Positions 39,275-51,889 of a DNA stretch of 64,000 nt are shown in pieces. The translations under genes and the position numbers were made by a program. The DNA lies in NCBI GenBank assembly GCA_030248215.1, contig JASANG010002859.1, positions 310,001 to 374,000 on the forward strand. Reading direction: 5' to 3'. The stretch's first letter is position 1. Each line of letters begins with the position of its first letter. Under the pieces are notes generated by a model that was not told where the DNA came from, searched no databases, and saw nothing but the letters and a program-made list of their open reading frames with translations. Source of the stretch: Enoplolaimus lenunculus. Taxonomy: Eukaryota.

Positions 39275-40444
39275 TGTTGGTACTATACGGTCTGCACGAC
39301 CCCTGTTTGAAGTTTTTGCCAAAGTTAATGACCACGCCGGGAATCGAACCTCGGCCCTCTTGCGCTCGAGCCAAGCATGCTACCATTACCCTACGCAGCC
39401 CGCCTCTCCAACTGCGTTTTTCGTCGACTATATATGTCGACCGTACAACACAATGTGCATTGCTTTTATTGCATATGCACCAGGACAAGCATGTCTCACA
39501 TGCTTACATGCCCTTATTTCCAACAAGGTCGTCCCTTGACCGTCCATCCTATTTTCGACTGGATATCGTGTTCATAGCGCGGCAGTTTGCCATTGCGCTC
39601 ACGGCGTGGCCCCCATGTCAGTCTAGGTAGGAACCGGGACATCAGACCTTTTAACTAAGCAGCTGGAAAAGCGGGCTCGAGCGGGGATCGAATTCTCAGC
39701 CTACGGATCATTAAGCGAACACTCTACCACTGCGCTACGCAGCCCGCCTCTCCAACTGCATTTTTCGTCGACTATATGTGTCGACCGTACACCACAATGT
39801 GCACTGCATTTATTGCATATGCACAAGGACAAGTATGTCTCACATACTTACATGCCCTTGTTTTCAACAAGGTCGTCCCTTGACCGTCCATCCTATTTTC
39901 GACTGGATACCGTGTTCATAGCGCATCAGTTTACCATTGCGCTCACGGCGTAGCCCCCATGTCAGTCTAGGTAGGAACCAAGGACATCAGACCTTTCTAC
40001 CAAGCAGCTGGAAAAGCGGGCTAGTGCGGGGATCGAACTCTCAGCCTATGGATCCTTAAGCGAGCACTCTACCACTGCGCTACGCAGCCCGCCTCTCCAG
40101 CTGCTTTTTTCGTCGACTATATGTGTCGACCGTACACCACAATGTGCATTGCATTTATTGCATATGCACAAGAACAAGTATGTCTCACATACTTACATGC
40201 CCTTATTTTCAACAAGGTCGTCCCGTGACCATCCATCCTATTTTCGACTGGATACCGTGTTCATAGCGCGGCAGTTTACCATTGCGCTCACGGTGTAGCC
40301 CCCATGTCAGTCTAGGTAGGAACCAAGGACATCAGACCTTTCTACCAAGCAGCTGGAAAAGCGGGCTAGAGCGGGGATCGAACTCTCAGCCTATGGATCC
40401 TTAAGCGAGCACTCTACCACTGCGCCACTAGTATTTGTGTCACA
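39275..40444 (-). mobile_element. Tandem array of a miniature LTR retrotransposon (TRIM) with tRNA-like LTRs
   Basis: LTRs at 39275-39525 (TGTTGG...CCAACA), 39616-39869 and 39960-40214 (TGTCAG...TCAACA) and a partial LTR from 40305. Three 90-bp internal domains (39526-39615, 39870-39959, 40215-40304) each begin on the minus strand with PBS-like TGGGGGC(C/T)AC(G/A)CCG directly after the LTR's CA. Period ~341-345 bp. Confidence 0.85.
39329..39400 (-). ncRNA. tRNA-like module inside an LTR (pseudo-tRNA); related modules at 39673-39745, 40018-40090 and 40363-40427
   Basis: GGCTGCG TAGGGTAATGG...GGTTCGATTCCC GGCGTGGTCA: A box, B box and a pairable acceptor stem; anticodon arm degenerate. Confidence 0.7.
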
Positions 40445-40447
40445 AAT

Positions 40448-40955
40448 TTCTAGAAACCTTCTAGGAATTTTGTCAGTTCAATGTTTTTCCGTCGCTTTTT
40501 AAACAAAGATGCATTTGCTGCGCAGACAATAGGTTCGCCAAAATTCAAAGTTGGTAAGCTGTTCCAGATAGGAACTACTCTCCATGCGAAAAATATTCAA
40601 ACAATCTTTACGAACGGTGGGAACAAAAGCTTGAGAGGATGACCACGCGTTCCAAGATTCAGTGCGAGTTGGAAAAAGTGATCAAATGCTAGACCAACGT
40701 CTCCATGAACAATTTGGTAACACATAACTAGGTCAGTATACAGCCGTCTAATTTCCAACGAATCCAAATTGAAAAACTGCAGCCGCTCAACATAAGACAT
40801 AGCAGGAACTCCTAGACGTTGACACAATCTCCTTGTGAAATACCTTTGAACCGACTCAACTATATCTACATCACAAAGAGCAGATGGCGGCCAAACAGGA
40901 GAACAATACTCGAGAATACTGCTTACGTAACTCCTATAAGCAGTAAGTAAGCAGC
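40448..40955 (-). mobile_element. CR1/L2-type LINE ORF2 3'-terminal fragment
   Basis: Minus strand reads AYRSYVSSILEYCSPVW...VESVQRYFTRRL...SYVERLQFFNLDSLEIRRLYTDLVMCYQIVHG...TRGHPLKL, the typical CR1 C-terminus. Confidence 0.88.
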
Positions 40956-40999
40956 TGTTGTAATATCTTTAAAGATACCTGTTTAGTTGTGCTTGTGGT

Positions 41000-41329
41000 T
41001 GTGATAAGTTTGGTAGACTAGGGTACGACAGTTTTTCAGTTTTTAGTTCTCAGCGGCTGAAAATGAGGGACGCTCCCAATAGGTTTCGAACTCGGTCGAC
41101 AGATTTTTCAGTCCAGCGCGCTATCCACTGGGCCACGCCGCCTCACAATCAACTGCTGAGTTTTTCTGTTTTTATGCCTTATAAGAACCTCAATCTTATA
41201 CACATGTATTTTGGTCCTTCAATGTTTTACTGCTGCTGCATATGAAGGCACTACATGGCAGCAGTGTTTTTATCGATGTACAGCATCAGCATGAGGTTAT
41301 TATTTGCCTCCAAACATCCGCATGTCACA
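41000..41329 (-). mobile_element. Solo LTR (330 bp) containing a tRNA-like module
   Basis: TGTGA...TCACA termini; perfect 5-bp TSD GTGGT (40995-40999, 41330-41334). Minus-strand module ~41143-41067 has A box TGGCCCAGTGG, a CTGAAAA loop and B box GAGTTCGAAACC. Confidence 0.85.
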
Positions 41330-42996
41330 GTGGTATATGAGAAGAATGACATAGCTAGGGCAAAATGGCCGAAGCAGAGCGAAAAGAAACAGAACGAAAC
41401 AAAAGAAACACAAGCAAAAGAAACAAAAACAAGGAACAAAACCAAATGTAATAAAAGTTATAAATTTATGCAAAATAGATACATGTGTGGGCGACTAGCC
41501 GAATTGTATATGTTCAGTCTTGGAAGAAGTTAATAAGATTTTGTGTTGTTTTGAAACACGGAGAATTGTTGTTACTGTGCGCTTTTCGCTATTAGGTGGA
41601 AACTACTTGTTTTTGTGATTTTTCGGTTTAGTTCCGAACTCGAAGGACATTTGTAAGAATTTTCTGAGTTGAGTACCGTAGAACTGTTTTAAAATCAGAA
41701 CTGTACTCTAGCCGCTCGAAACGCATATAAACGTTTACTCACAGAACCTGTACACTAAAAACGTAAGGTTAGATCGAATTGAATCAATAGCATCGGTAAA
41801 CACCGTATAACATTGTATACTGTATAACCATATCTGTGCGTTCTGTAAAAACGTTCGTCAGTAAATTCTTAAAACCGGCCGTGCCGTTGGTGAAGGGCGT
41901 ATACGCTATCGTCATAGATTCCGAACTTTGCCGTTTATGTGAAAATCCGACAGTGCTGCTCGCAAAGTTTAATTAATTTTAACATTAGGTTCACTTGGGA
42001 GATCCAACAATTGCAACTTTTCCCAAATTGTTATTTTCGGCAGGGAGCCCTCACAGTTGAACTCAGTAGGGTGGCTCGACAACCTCGGATCTCCCGCCAA
42101 AAAGTTATGGATCAACCTCTTCGTTGAGAGACACCATCCTAAAGTTTTCGGGATACCCAATCCCTGACAGCTCCGCCATTATATGTCAGTTATTGGTCGC
42201 CATTAAGGTACGCAATACGTTTATGGCATGAGCTTTGGATAAACAATTGTAAAACATGTTAACCTGCCGACATACAGTTAATTTTGGTTCATATAATGTT
42301 TTATGTAATGGCTTCGATAACTGCTGCATTTTAACGGAACTCAACAAATCTAGAAATAAAATAATTATATATGTACTATACGTAGCAGTGTAATATGATC
42401 TGAACGCCAGCTGCTTACAACAACTTAATCGATATGACAACTGTATCTGAAGAAAAGCAACTCTTGTCCACTGTGATGTTTCCATTTGATGATGCCGCTA
42501 AAGTGTCTGTGCCTAAAATTTTACTATCGGTGAGCCTACGCGCATGCTTTCTCCTATCAGTCTGTACGATTAGTGTTGAACAGGATGGCAGATATACGGC
42601 GATTTAGTTTCGGATTCAATTTTCTGGAACTCGAATCCAGCAATGACTGGAAATTAACTATTTTTCGAAAATATTTAACACTTGCAGTCTTGGATTTACG
42701 CTTCAATAAAGTCGTTATTTGATATTGAAAGATTCGCGTGTTTCTATTGCCTGCACTTGGTTTGTTAAGCCGAAGTGTCAAGTGGCTAATTTAGTACTAT
42801 ATATATTGTATACAACACTTTTATCTAAATAGAAAGATTTTTTATAGTCAAGGATCGGATTGGGAAACGGGTTCGCCTAAATCACAATGGTTCTTTTCGG
42901 AATAGATCAATTCTTGGGTTCGGTGCCACCCTGGTGACAAGAGGAACAATAAGCTAGCACCTGGAAAGCAGGTTTAATTTATAGTTTTTGTTTTAG

Positions 42997-45900
42997 AATG
43001 ATGTAATGGATGACATAGAAGTTTTGATATCAATCAACAAACCAACTGCAGTTGATAAAGTTCCAGGTACGTAGACAGTTGGTTTTCCTAAATTTAGAAA
43101 CAATGCAGTATTTGAAAATTTTGACCTTAGTTCGTTATAATAGATGGACAAACCGGCTCGCAATAGTTGGACAATGAAGAGTATAATAAAATGACATGAT
43201 ATCTGTGTAAATTAACTGGATGTTGAGCTTTCTAAGAAATTAATCGAACTGGGAATAATAAAAGTCGAGAAGATTTATAAGTTCTTTTTGGTTTGAAATC
43301 ATGATAAAATAGGGTGCAGATGTAGAGTGCTAGAATGGCATTTAGATGTAAGCCCTGCGCAGAATTATCACAGCTCCATTTATGTTTCAATATGTTCTTG
43401 TCTACCAAGGTGCGACAAGATATCAAAAGCTCACTAAGCAGGAGCCACGTAATATCATATCGGCCCGAGTCGGATAATTAATTCAAATCTATCCTAGATT
43501 TCATTCAAATATCAGAACGTAGCTAACAATATTCTGTATTTCGTGGCCTAATGTTTCAGAAGTGTTTACGTATAAAGTTTCACTTCTCACGCCGATGCAT
43601 TTTCCCTGTTCTATTATTCTACGTTTTCATAGCGTTGCGCTCAGTGTAATTATTTGTTTGGCTCATGTTTTTAATGGCATCCACGTTTCTCTAAGTACTA
43701 TAAAATAGAGGTGGCTGGCTAGGAGGATTAAGGCTATTATTTTTGCGTAGGCTAGCTTAGGTTCTGTTATAGACTTTTTACGCTGAAGTTTAGGCTAAAC
43801 CTTAGGAACAGGAATATGATGAGATATACGTGTTGTTAATCCCAATAACACTGGTCATGTCTATCAGGTTTTCCAGTATTATATATAGTGACCCATGCAA
43901 TCATTTTCATTACATGCATTACATAAAAATATGTAAGATTAAGTCAATCAGTTGAATGGTAGTATCCGGCTGGTTAAAATACCGCAGTCGAATGGCAATT
44001 TTTGTCAAAGACACAGCCGGATATCCGGCCGCATTTGTTGTTTAAATAGTGTAAGTGTACAATATTGTGAACTTGCGAACTACTAGCCAACAAAATGGGT
44101 TTTGCACAAAACACGCTATGTGTAAGTTTTGGTTATCGCATTTTATTGTTGCAGGGGAACCTGATACCAAGAACAAGGTGCGCGAAATGTACCGTCATCA
44201 TGCCGAAACAATGAAAATACTATCTCGACGACGTTATGCTGTCAGAATACTAAAGAAACTGCTTCGCAATAGAAAGGTATTACAGGCTATTCGAACAAGT
44301 TTTATGATTTTGTGGTAAATTATTCATAATCATTTAATTATTGGAAACTTTAAAAAATTGTTATATCGAAGTGATTGTTTTTGCAATTAGTACAGCATAC
44401 ATTTGATGTGTTCTCGCCTAACTTCATGACAAAATTGCTGAAAATCGCTTAAGGCAATTTTGTCTAGGTTTTGTAAATTGTAGAACAGTAATTTAGTGAC
44501 AAAAATTATTTTAAATTCCGGTTTCTGTTTTTACAACCACTAGAAAAAAGTAACTGACAAATAGATGTCGGTATACGTTGTTTTCAGATAATTTTGGACG
44601 CTGCGTCACGTCTGCAGGATACAGAATCTTTGATCTCGACTGTTAGTAGAATGTTTCACATTGACAGCTGCCCTTCGCGCAGCCAAATCAAGAAAATTAT
44701 TCTTCAAAATCGGGCCGATCAGAGATATCGGGAGTAAGATTCATATAATTTGTACGGGCTATTTATAAACCCGGTTTAGCCAGTCTGTAGATAGATATAT
44801 CTATTGACGTTGTTTTGTGATACGTCGTGGAACAAACTGAAAACATTGCTATAATAATCAAGGCAGTAGAAGCATTGAGTATCATAACGTAATTTCAACG
44901 GCAATGTATCTTTTTTTGTAGTACGTGGTTTTGTTTATGCTTTGCTGAAAATATATTTAAATTGGTTCTTTACTTTTAGGGTTGTTCGTAACTGCAAAGT
45001 TTCTGTTGCAACGGGTGATAGTTCTGACGTTTCTAGCGATGAAAACAATGACGATGGTTAGTGAACATTCATACCTCTTTAACTTTGTGCTGCTGAAAGA
45101 ATATATTGACTTAGTATTCGATGGAATTCACACTTAGTTTATATTTTGTATTAACATTTTATTGCGGGTAATTTAAATATAATGCCATATTGTTTGCGGC
45201 GCTTGTATTCTGATGAATTTGCTGCGTTTCTGTGTTGCGTTTTGTTCTGCAAAAGTTCGGACTTTTTCGTAAATATCGGTATAAAATGCAGTGACTGCGA
45301 CCAAATTTGATGATCACTTTTTTACACAAAACAGTGCACTCTTGCTACTACTAAATGGTATTATACGTGTTGCTATTTGTTTTTAGATATACAGACTGAA
45401 GTTTCGGAACAGTCGTTCACTAAAAGACAATCCATTAAAGGTATGTTACAGATGTGGGATTATCGGCCTACTTTATTTAATCAGTCTTTGTAGGGCAACT
45501 TTTTGGTGAACGAAGCACAGTCCTTTCTAACTATTCAACATTGCATATGTTGGAGTGTCTAATATGCTAATTAGCTAGAAGTTTACTAATGTGCACGTAT
45601 TGTCGGTTTGCAGCATCGTATTTAAATTTTCCACACCCAAAGTTATATTCTGTATAATATATTGAAATTTTGTTAAAAACCGATCTAGAAGAAGATAGCT
45701 GTAATTGTCATGGTGTATGCGTAGTCTATGTGATAAGTATTGAGAAAGTAAATAATTACTCAAATTTGTTGCAGAGATTTATAAATATATTGTTCAAACT
45801 GCCCATTCATAGAAGCCTTTGTCTATTTAGTCAAATCGCAAGTCCTTGATTAGGCTTTTTCGTGTAGTTAATCAATGGCTTTCTATTTTGAAACTCTTAT

Positions 45901-47019
45901 ACGAAATAAATAAACATCCGGAAAAGTTGATTTTCAATTAAAATAAACGTTATTATTAAAATCGCTACGGTTATTTATATAATTTTGGTCGGTCGAACAG
46001 ATTTTCATCAACGTTTCGACCTTAACAAACATGAACGCTTCGAAAGACCTTCAATTGCGCTCAAAGGTTGGCTTCGATCAATTAATCTGGTAGAATTTTT
46101 TTAAATTAAAAGCATCACTATGTTGGTTAATGAATTGTTGCTTGGTCATGTGGTCATGTTTCAGATGATTTGCTACAAACACCGGAAATGACCGAACGAG
46201 TTAAACGAATGTTGACTGAGTACAAAAGCTTAGTGTACAATCAGCCGGTCAGTTAAATGTAAAGGGTCCGCTCCGCACACCAAAGTCTTATTTAGTGACG
46301 GCAGTGGAATGTGAAAATAGTTACAATAGTGATGGATTTGATAGCGGAATTTATATAATTAATTCTTATAGTGGAAAATCAGCTATGCGGAACGCGAAGT
46401 GATACATACTTAACCCACGGACTATCGTGCAGACATCGCTCTACCATTCCTCGATATTTATTGGCAAACTTTTATGAATCGTGTCAAGGTTTAAGCAATA
46501 AAAGTTGTTTAATTTTGAAGTTTTGTTTTTATAGCTGTGCATAATCCTATTTAGGATCACCCTTCATTGGATTTTACTGATATTACGTTGGACGATGTGA
46601 TATCAAGAGCTGGTCTCGAGTCATTGGCAACTAAAGTTGGAGGTGAGTACGATATGGTTTTTTATGTAAAATTGATTACTAAATAATTGGTGGTATTAGA
46701 ATATTATTAACGTTGAATTTTGCACGGCCACGCCCATGGTTGTACTGAGCTATCGGGACTATTATCAATGGCTGTTTACGTACGTTGTTCTTTTTTAGTC
46801 TCTTTAAGGTTATTTTTATAAGGCGAGTTTTCACAGGCATAACCAGAATTTGTGTTTCAAACTGAATCCGTGTCTAAAGCCCCCATTGCAAAAATTCCAA
46901 AGAGCGGTGGTTGACTTCTGAAACCCTGTAGCTACGCCCTATAAGTATTGAAGCAATTATTCCGATGTGTAATGTGTGTCATGTTCCTTTACATTTTTGT
47001 TTTAGTATCAAAGTCTTAA
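42997..47019 (+). CDS. Unidentified multi-exon protein; weak resemblance to the katanin p80 C-terminal (con80) region; 5' end unresolved
   Basis: Nine consecutive GT-AG exons in continuous phase: 42997-43066, 44155-44276, 44588-44733, 44980-45056, 45387-45440, 46001-46066, 46165-46247, 46555-46642, 47006-47019 (stop), then AATAAA at ~47031. A possible further upstream exon lies at 42848-42933. Confidence 0.65.
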
Positions 47020-50000
47020 CTGTGCCGGATAATAAAATACAGCACAGCCGACGGCTTTCTAATCGGATGCCCTGGTTGATTTCTTCAAAGAATTGGTGGA
47101 ATTGGTTTCCTAGAATCGGTTTACTTTGAAGATAAGAAGACAAATTGGTGTTTGTCTAGACTGTGAATCGGTGAAATGATAGTTTTGCAGATGAATACAG
47201 CGGCGTACATTTGCTGTTATTGAAGTACCACTAAGAAGTTGCATATGGTATGTGTAATTAGGGGCTCACTCACTGGTACCAAAGAATATGTTGCATCTTG
47301 GAAACTACTAATTAATAAACGGTTCGGCTCATGTCAATGGCCCATATAAAGATCAGGGTCGGAACGTTTTTCTGGGGGACTGTGTAATAGAGTAAGCTTA
47401 TGTTTTAGGCTAATTTTTTGTTTGGCTTAGGTTTAGGCTTAGGAATATGATCATTCTTACGCTTACGCTTAGTAATAAGCTTATAATACTGTTCCGCCCC
47501 TGTTCTTTACATTTGCCATGTCAATTATAGTGGTGTGCTCATTGAGCGACTGGTTTATAATTAGGCTTAAGCTTAGAGTGATATTTAGCTTAGACTTTGG
47601 ATCCTGTGTAGTCAGGCCCCGATAGTTTACATGAGCCAGCTGAACGGAGATGCATATTTTTTCAATAATATAATAGCACGAAAGTAGTATTACTAGTGAC
47701 GGTCATTATTGTTTTATGTAGTTCAAACGGAATAATGGTACGTTTCGTAATTAACATATAATCCAGTAAGCCTAACAGATGTTCTTAAATTGTACTATTA
47801 CTTAAATTTTCTAACAGGTTAAGTGGAAGCGTTCAACGATTGGACTTCCAATATGCGTTTTATGTTTTTATTATTGTGAAATATTTATTAATGGCTGTGC
47901 TCTGATGGCAGCCCGGCAGCTCTTCATATTGTTTAACATGTTGTTTAACGTTAACTGTGCTTACCGTTAATATTGCACATGATTCAAAATAAAATGTTGG
48001 TCAGTCATGCTGCAGCGACTAGCTTTGCAGGTCGAAACATTTTAGGATAACCGATATTGCACTGCAAGAAATGATGAGTCAGTGAGTCGAATTTGGCTCT
48101 GACGGAGTCGAAATTGACTCCGATTGTGTAGTCAGGAACTGCCTATTGCGGAAAAGGTCAATTTGACTCACAATTTTTTCCATGTGCTGGAAGACGGCAA
48201 CTCTAAAAAAAAACAGTTTCCAATGTCCGTCCGTATTTTAAATTTGTCAAGTATTGCCCTATAAACCAGATAACGAAAAGTTTATGGTCGTTGTGTTACG
48301 CCGGATTGGCAGTGTGTAAACCATGATCCAAGACAGGGCTAGGCACCGGAAAACAACAGGAAAAGCTGTTTTTCCGAGTGGGTGGAACAAACGAAACCCC
48401 TTTTTCTTATAATCTTACTAAATTTCCCGCAAAACAGCTTTGTCTCACGCTTCCGTCACCGTGAAGGTTGAAATTACTGTGGAGGAATCAATGGAGGATA
48501 CATGAATTTGTAAAAAATAATGGAATCACTCTCGAGCGATAAGCCAAATGCCATTTTAATACTAAACCTGAATACAAAAAAATCTTGGCTTTGAACCCTG
48601 TCGTGTAGCCTAGACCGGAGTGCCCCGTTGCATACGCCAGTGAAAAAAATAGGGGATATGTTCCTCCTTAATTTCTGGAATGACCAGAAAAACGCATGTT
48701 TAAAGGCTTTTTAGAATACCCAGCAATGACTCATACCCTCTCGAAATGAAAACCTGATTAAGCCCATGGGTATTTCTGTGAAAGGAATGCTTTTTTCTCT
48801 GACAGTGCGGTCTTTCCGAGTTCAGCCCACGCAAAAAGTAACTGTGCAGTTCTAAAAGTGAAAAATTATGTCATGTTTGTTTTGAACCTTTGTACTCAGG
48901 CTCGAGCCCCTCTGGAACTGCTTCCGGCAAACTTTCAGGCCCCCAACATCGGTACTTTTACAAGTAAAACGCAACGCTGAACTAAATTCAACTAGAGTTG
49001 TGTCTCCACTCGCCATTTACAGTTTTAGGGCTGAAACGTATGCGATACAAATGGTTTCCAATAGTAAGCCGGATTTCCAGTTAGATCCTTGCTATTTAAG
49101 TGATTAAGTTTAAAATGACTGCTATATGTCTCTGATGCTACTGTTTTTCTTGATGCAACATATATTGCATATATATGCCGCGTTTAGCCCTGACAGAACG
49201 TAACGTAGACATTTTGCTGTGACCTAACCCGACAAGTTTGTTGAAACCTTAGTTGGCATATGCACTTTTTTAGTTGTGTGACAGCTTTGTAGTGTGTTAC
49301 GCTTGTCATCATACGTTACGAAATGTTGATACTTAACCCCTTCTCACATTGAGTTGCCTATAGGCAACTGAGCGCAGTGTATATACGTTAAATGTCAATT
49401 ATCCCTTAATTGTAGCGCATATCACTCCAAGTCCAAATAATTTGACTTCGAAACTTTAAAGCGTACTTAAGTTTTGAAAGTACATTCCAACGTATAAAAC
49501 TTGCATTATCGCTCAAGCTATTGACACACACAAACAAACATTTAATTCAACGGATAGTTGCAGTACCGGCTATATATCAGTAATGAAGGGTGGCGGAGCG
49601 TGGGTTAAAAATAAATAACAGTCCGTAACCGAATAACAAGGGGGGTACCCTCTGGACAGACTCACCTCTTATTCGGGTCAATACAGTAAGTTTTTAACTA
49701 CAACGATTTTGTACAGACAGGAATGCTTTGATTCACTGGTCAATCATCACCAAACAACCTAGTTTTAACGATGACAAGTGTGTATCAGAGTGGGACATTA
49801 CCCGTGCTTATCCGCGGGTAAACGCCAGTCGGGTAAAGAATTTTATCACGCGGGTAAAGAATTCACAGTTTTACCCGCGCCAAACTTTTAAGTTTTAAGG
49901 TGAAAAACCTACGCTATTGTCTGTTTCATTTCTGGTCAGGTACGGTTCGTGTTTTATTTAGCTGGGTTTGAAATTTTGTTGTTTCTAGTAAAATTTCTTT

Positions 50001-51889
50001 TGTAAAATTCATTGAAGCTATTTCGCAAAACTTCATTAAAACGCGAATCACCAGCGAGCGATCTTTAAAATATTGGTTTGATTTAAGCCGCGGGTAAATG
50101 GTGAGTTGTGGGTAGATGTTTCTTGCGCGGGTATACCCGCGGGTAAAAATTTCTTGTTTGCTTGGGTAAAGCGCGGGTCTGGTAACATATCCTTACCCAC
50201 TTCCCAATATGGTGTATATAATGTGTATTGTTATGTGCAGGGTGCATCCAGAGGTGAAAAATACCGGAACCGGACGTCAAAGAAACTTGTCGGAGCCAGA
50301 CCCGAGGTGAGGCGAAATAAGGTAGTAAAAATGCAGGTAATTAGTTAATTTTAGCCAATATCTGCAATATGTTGTAAAGTTGTTTGGATTTACGCTATTT
50401 TCTGCGAAATTTCAAAATTCTTTCCTTAAAATTGTGACAAAAGTAAAACGAGACCCGCTAAATAGAAAAATTTTGCAAAATTAATATGCAAAATTTTACT
50501 ACCGAAATTGTCGGAACCTCAGGCCAAAATTCTATCGGAGACAGAGGCCGATTTTCTGCCGGAGCCGGAGGCAGACCTCCGGCTGTACCCTGATTGTCTG
50601 GAGTTACATTTTTACTTAATGGTTTTGAAAGTTACTGATAGAGTTTTTGCAACGTAAATCAAGCTAGTCACATCTATGCACTGTGAAATTACACAATTGT
50701 ATTGAACGGAGAAGAAAAAAAATAAAGGGCAGGTAATAAACGTCGGTAACGGTAGAAGAATTTTCCGCGGGTAAAATATGTGTTGTCGATAGTTCCTGTC
50801 GGTATTTTTTATCCTAGTTCTCTTTCAATAGTTTTGAAGTTTGTGCGTAGCATCCAACATGCCGCAGGTCAATGATTTTCTTCATTTCAAATTTTAACCC
50901 CGAAGTAAAGCCTCAAATCTGAAATTGACATTCTGCATTTGGCCCATGTAAAGAAAAGGGTCGGAACGTTATTCTGTGGGACTAGAAAAAAGTAAGCTTA
51001 TAAGCTTTAGACTAATTTTTTGCTTGGCTTAGGCTTTAAGCTTAGGAATATGCTCATTCTTTCGTTTAGGCTTAGGCTTGGGAGTATGCTTATAATACTG
51101 TTCCGCCCCTGTTCTTTACAATTGCCGAATTTCTTATCGTAATTCAAAAGTATTTGGCTGTTTTGAAAATTGAACTTTAAAAATTCAATTTGTTTCTAAT
51201 CGAAATTTTAATTAGCAATGTCAAATTTCACGAGGGTTGTCTCTTAACGTTATGGGTGATGCTTAATTTTGACGAAGTAGTAAATGCAAAGATATGATCA
51301 CTATAACAGAAGAAGAAACAAACCAAAAATAAATGTATCATAAATACAAATATAATTGCGCGTAAAATCCGATATATCCAAAATAGTATTGTTTCATAAA
51401 CAGAAAAATTAATCTAAAGCTTAAACTGACTCTATTTTAGCCCCTCCGGAAAACGATCCGGCCCTGTTCTATACATGGGCCCTATTTTCCATCGACACAT
51501 GCTCGTTTGCAGTTTACTTGAGTTGCTCAGCGAATTAGAAAACATATCATATACAATGTATTGGTGATAACCGGTGTTCGTTATATTTTGAGTGAAAATC
51601 TGTTGTCCGATTTGGTCAAATTTGTTATCAACAGTTCGCAAATTGAAAACAATACGTGAAGCATGCTTGATCTAAAACCAGGGCCGGAGCAGCCACCCCC
51701 CATATCCACCATTTGGGGCCCCCACCCCTAAAAGGGCGCCCACCCTGTTGATACAAAAATCGTCAAAGTTTTAATATGCGTCTCGCTTCTTTCTCGCTTC
51801 CCTCCCGAGTTTGGAACCGCACCGTGGAGTGTGGGGATGCATTTAGCCCTGTCTGCTCCGGCATTGTATAAATCATATTACAAATTTTT

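Noticed and set aside
39391..40425. Hammerhead/HDV ribozyme (retrozyme) tandem repeat, or CRISPR array
   Set aside because: No CTGATGA...GAAA core (only CTGATGT/CTGATGC), no HDV topology that I could build, and the units have no unique spacers.
39329..40427. Cluster of genuine tRNA genes
   Set aside because: Anticodon and T stems are mispaired and each module sits inside an LTR-like repeat, so they are treated as tRNA-derived.
40959..41266. Alternative LTR boundaries TGTAAT...ACTACA followed by PBS-like TGGCAGCAGTG
   Set aside because: No TSD, whereas 41000-41329 gives a perfect 5-bp TSD and a homologous terminus at 39107.
41989..42167. Possible WD40-like upstream exon of the katanin-like gene
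   Set aside because: Only a faint resemblance, it ends in a stop, and I could not link it in phase to the downstream exons.
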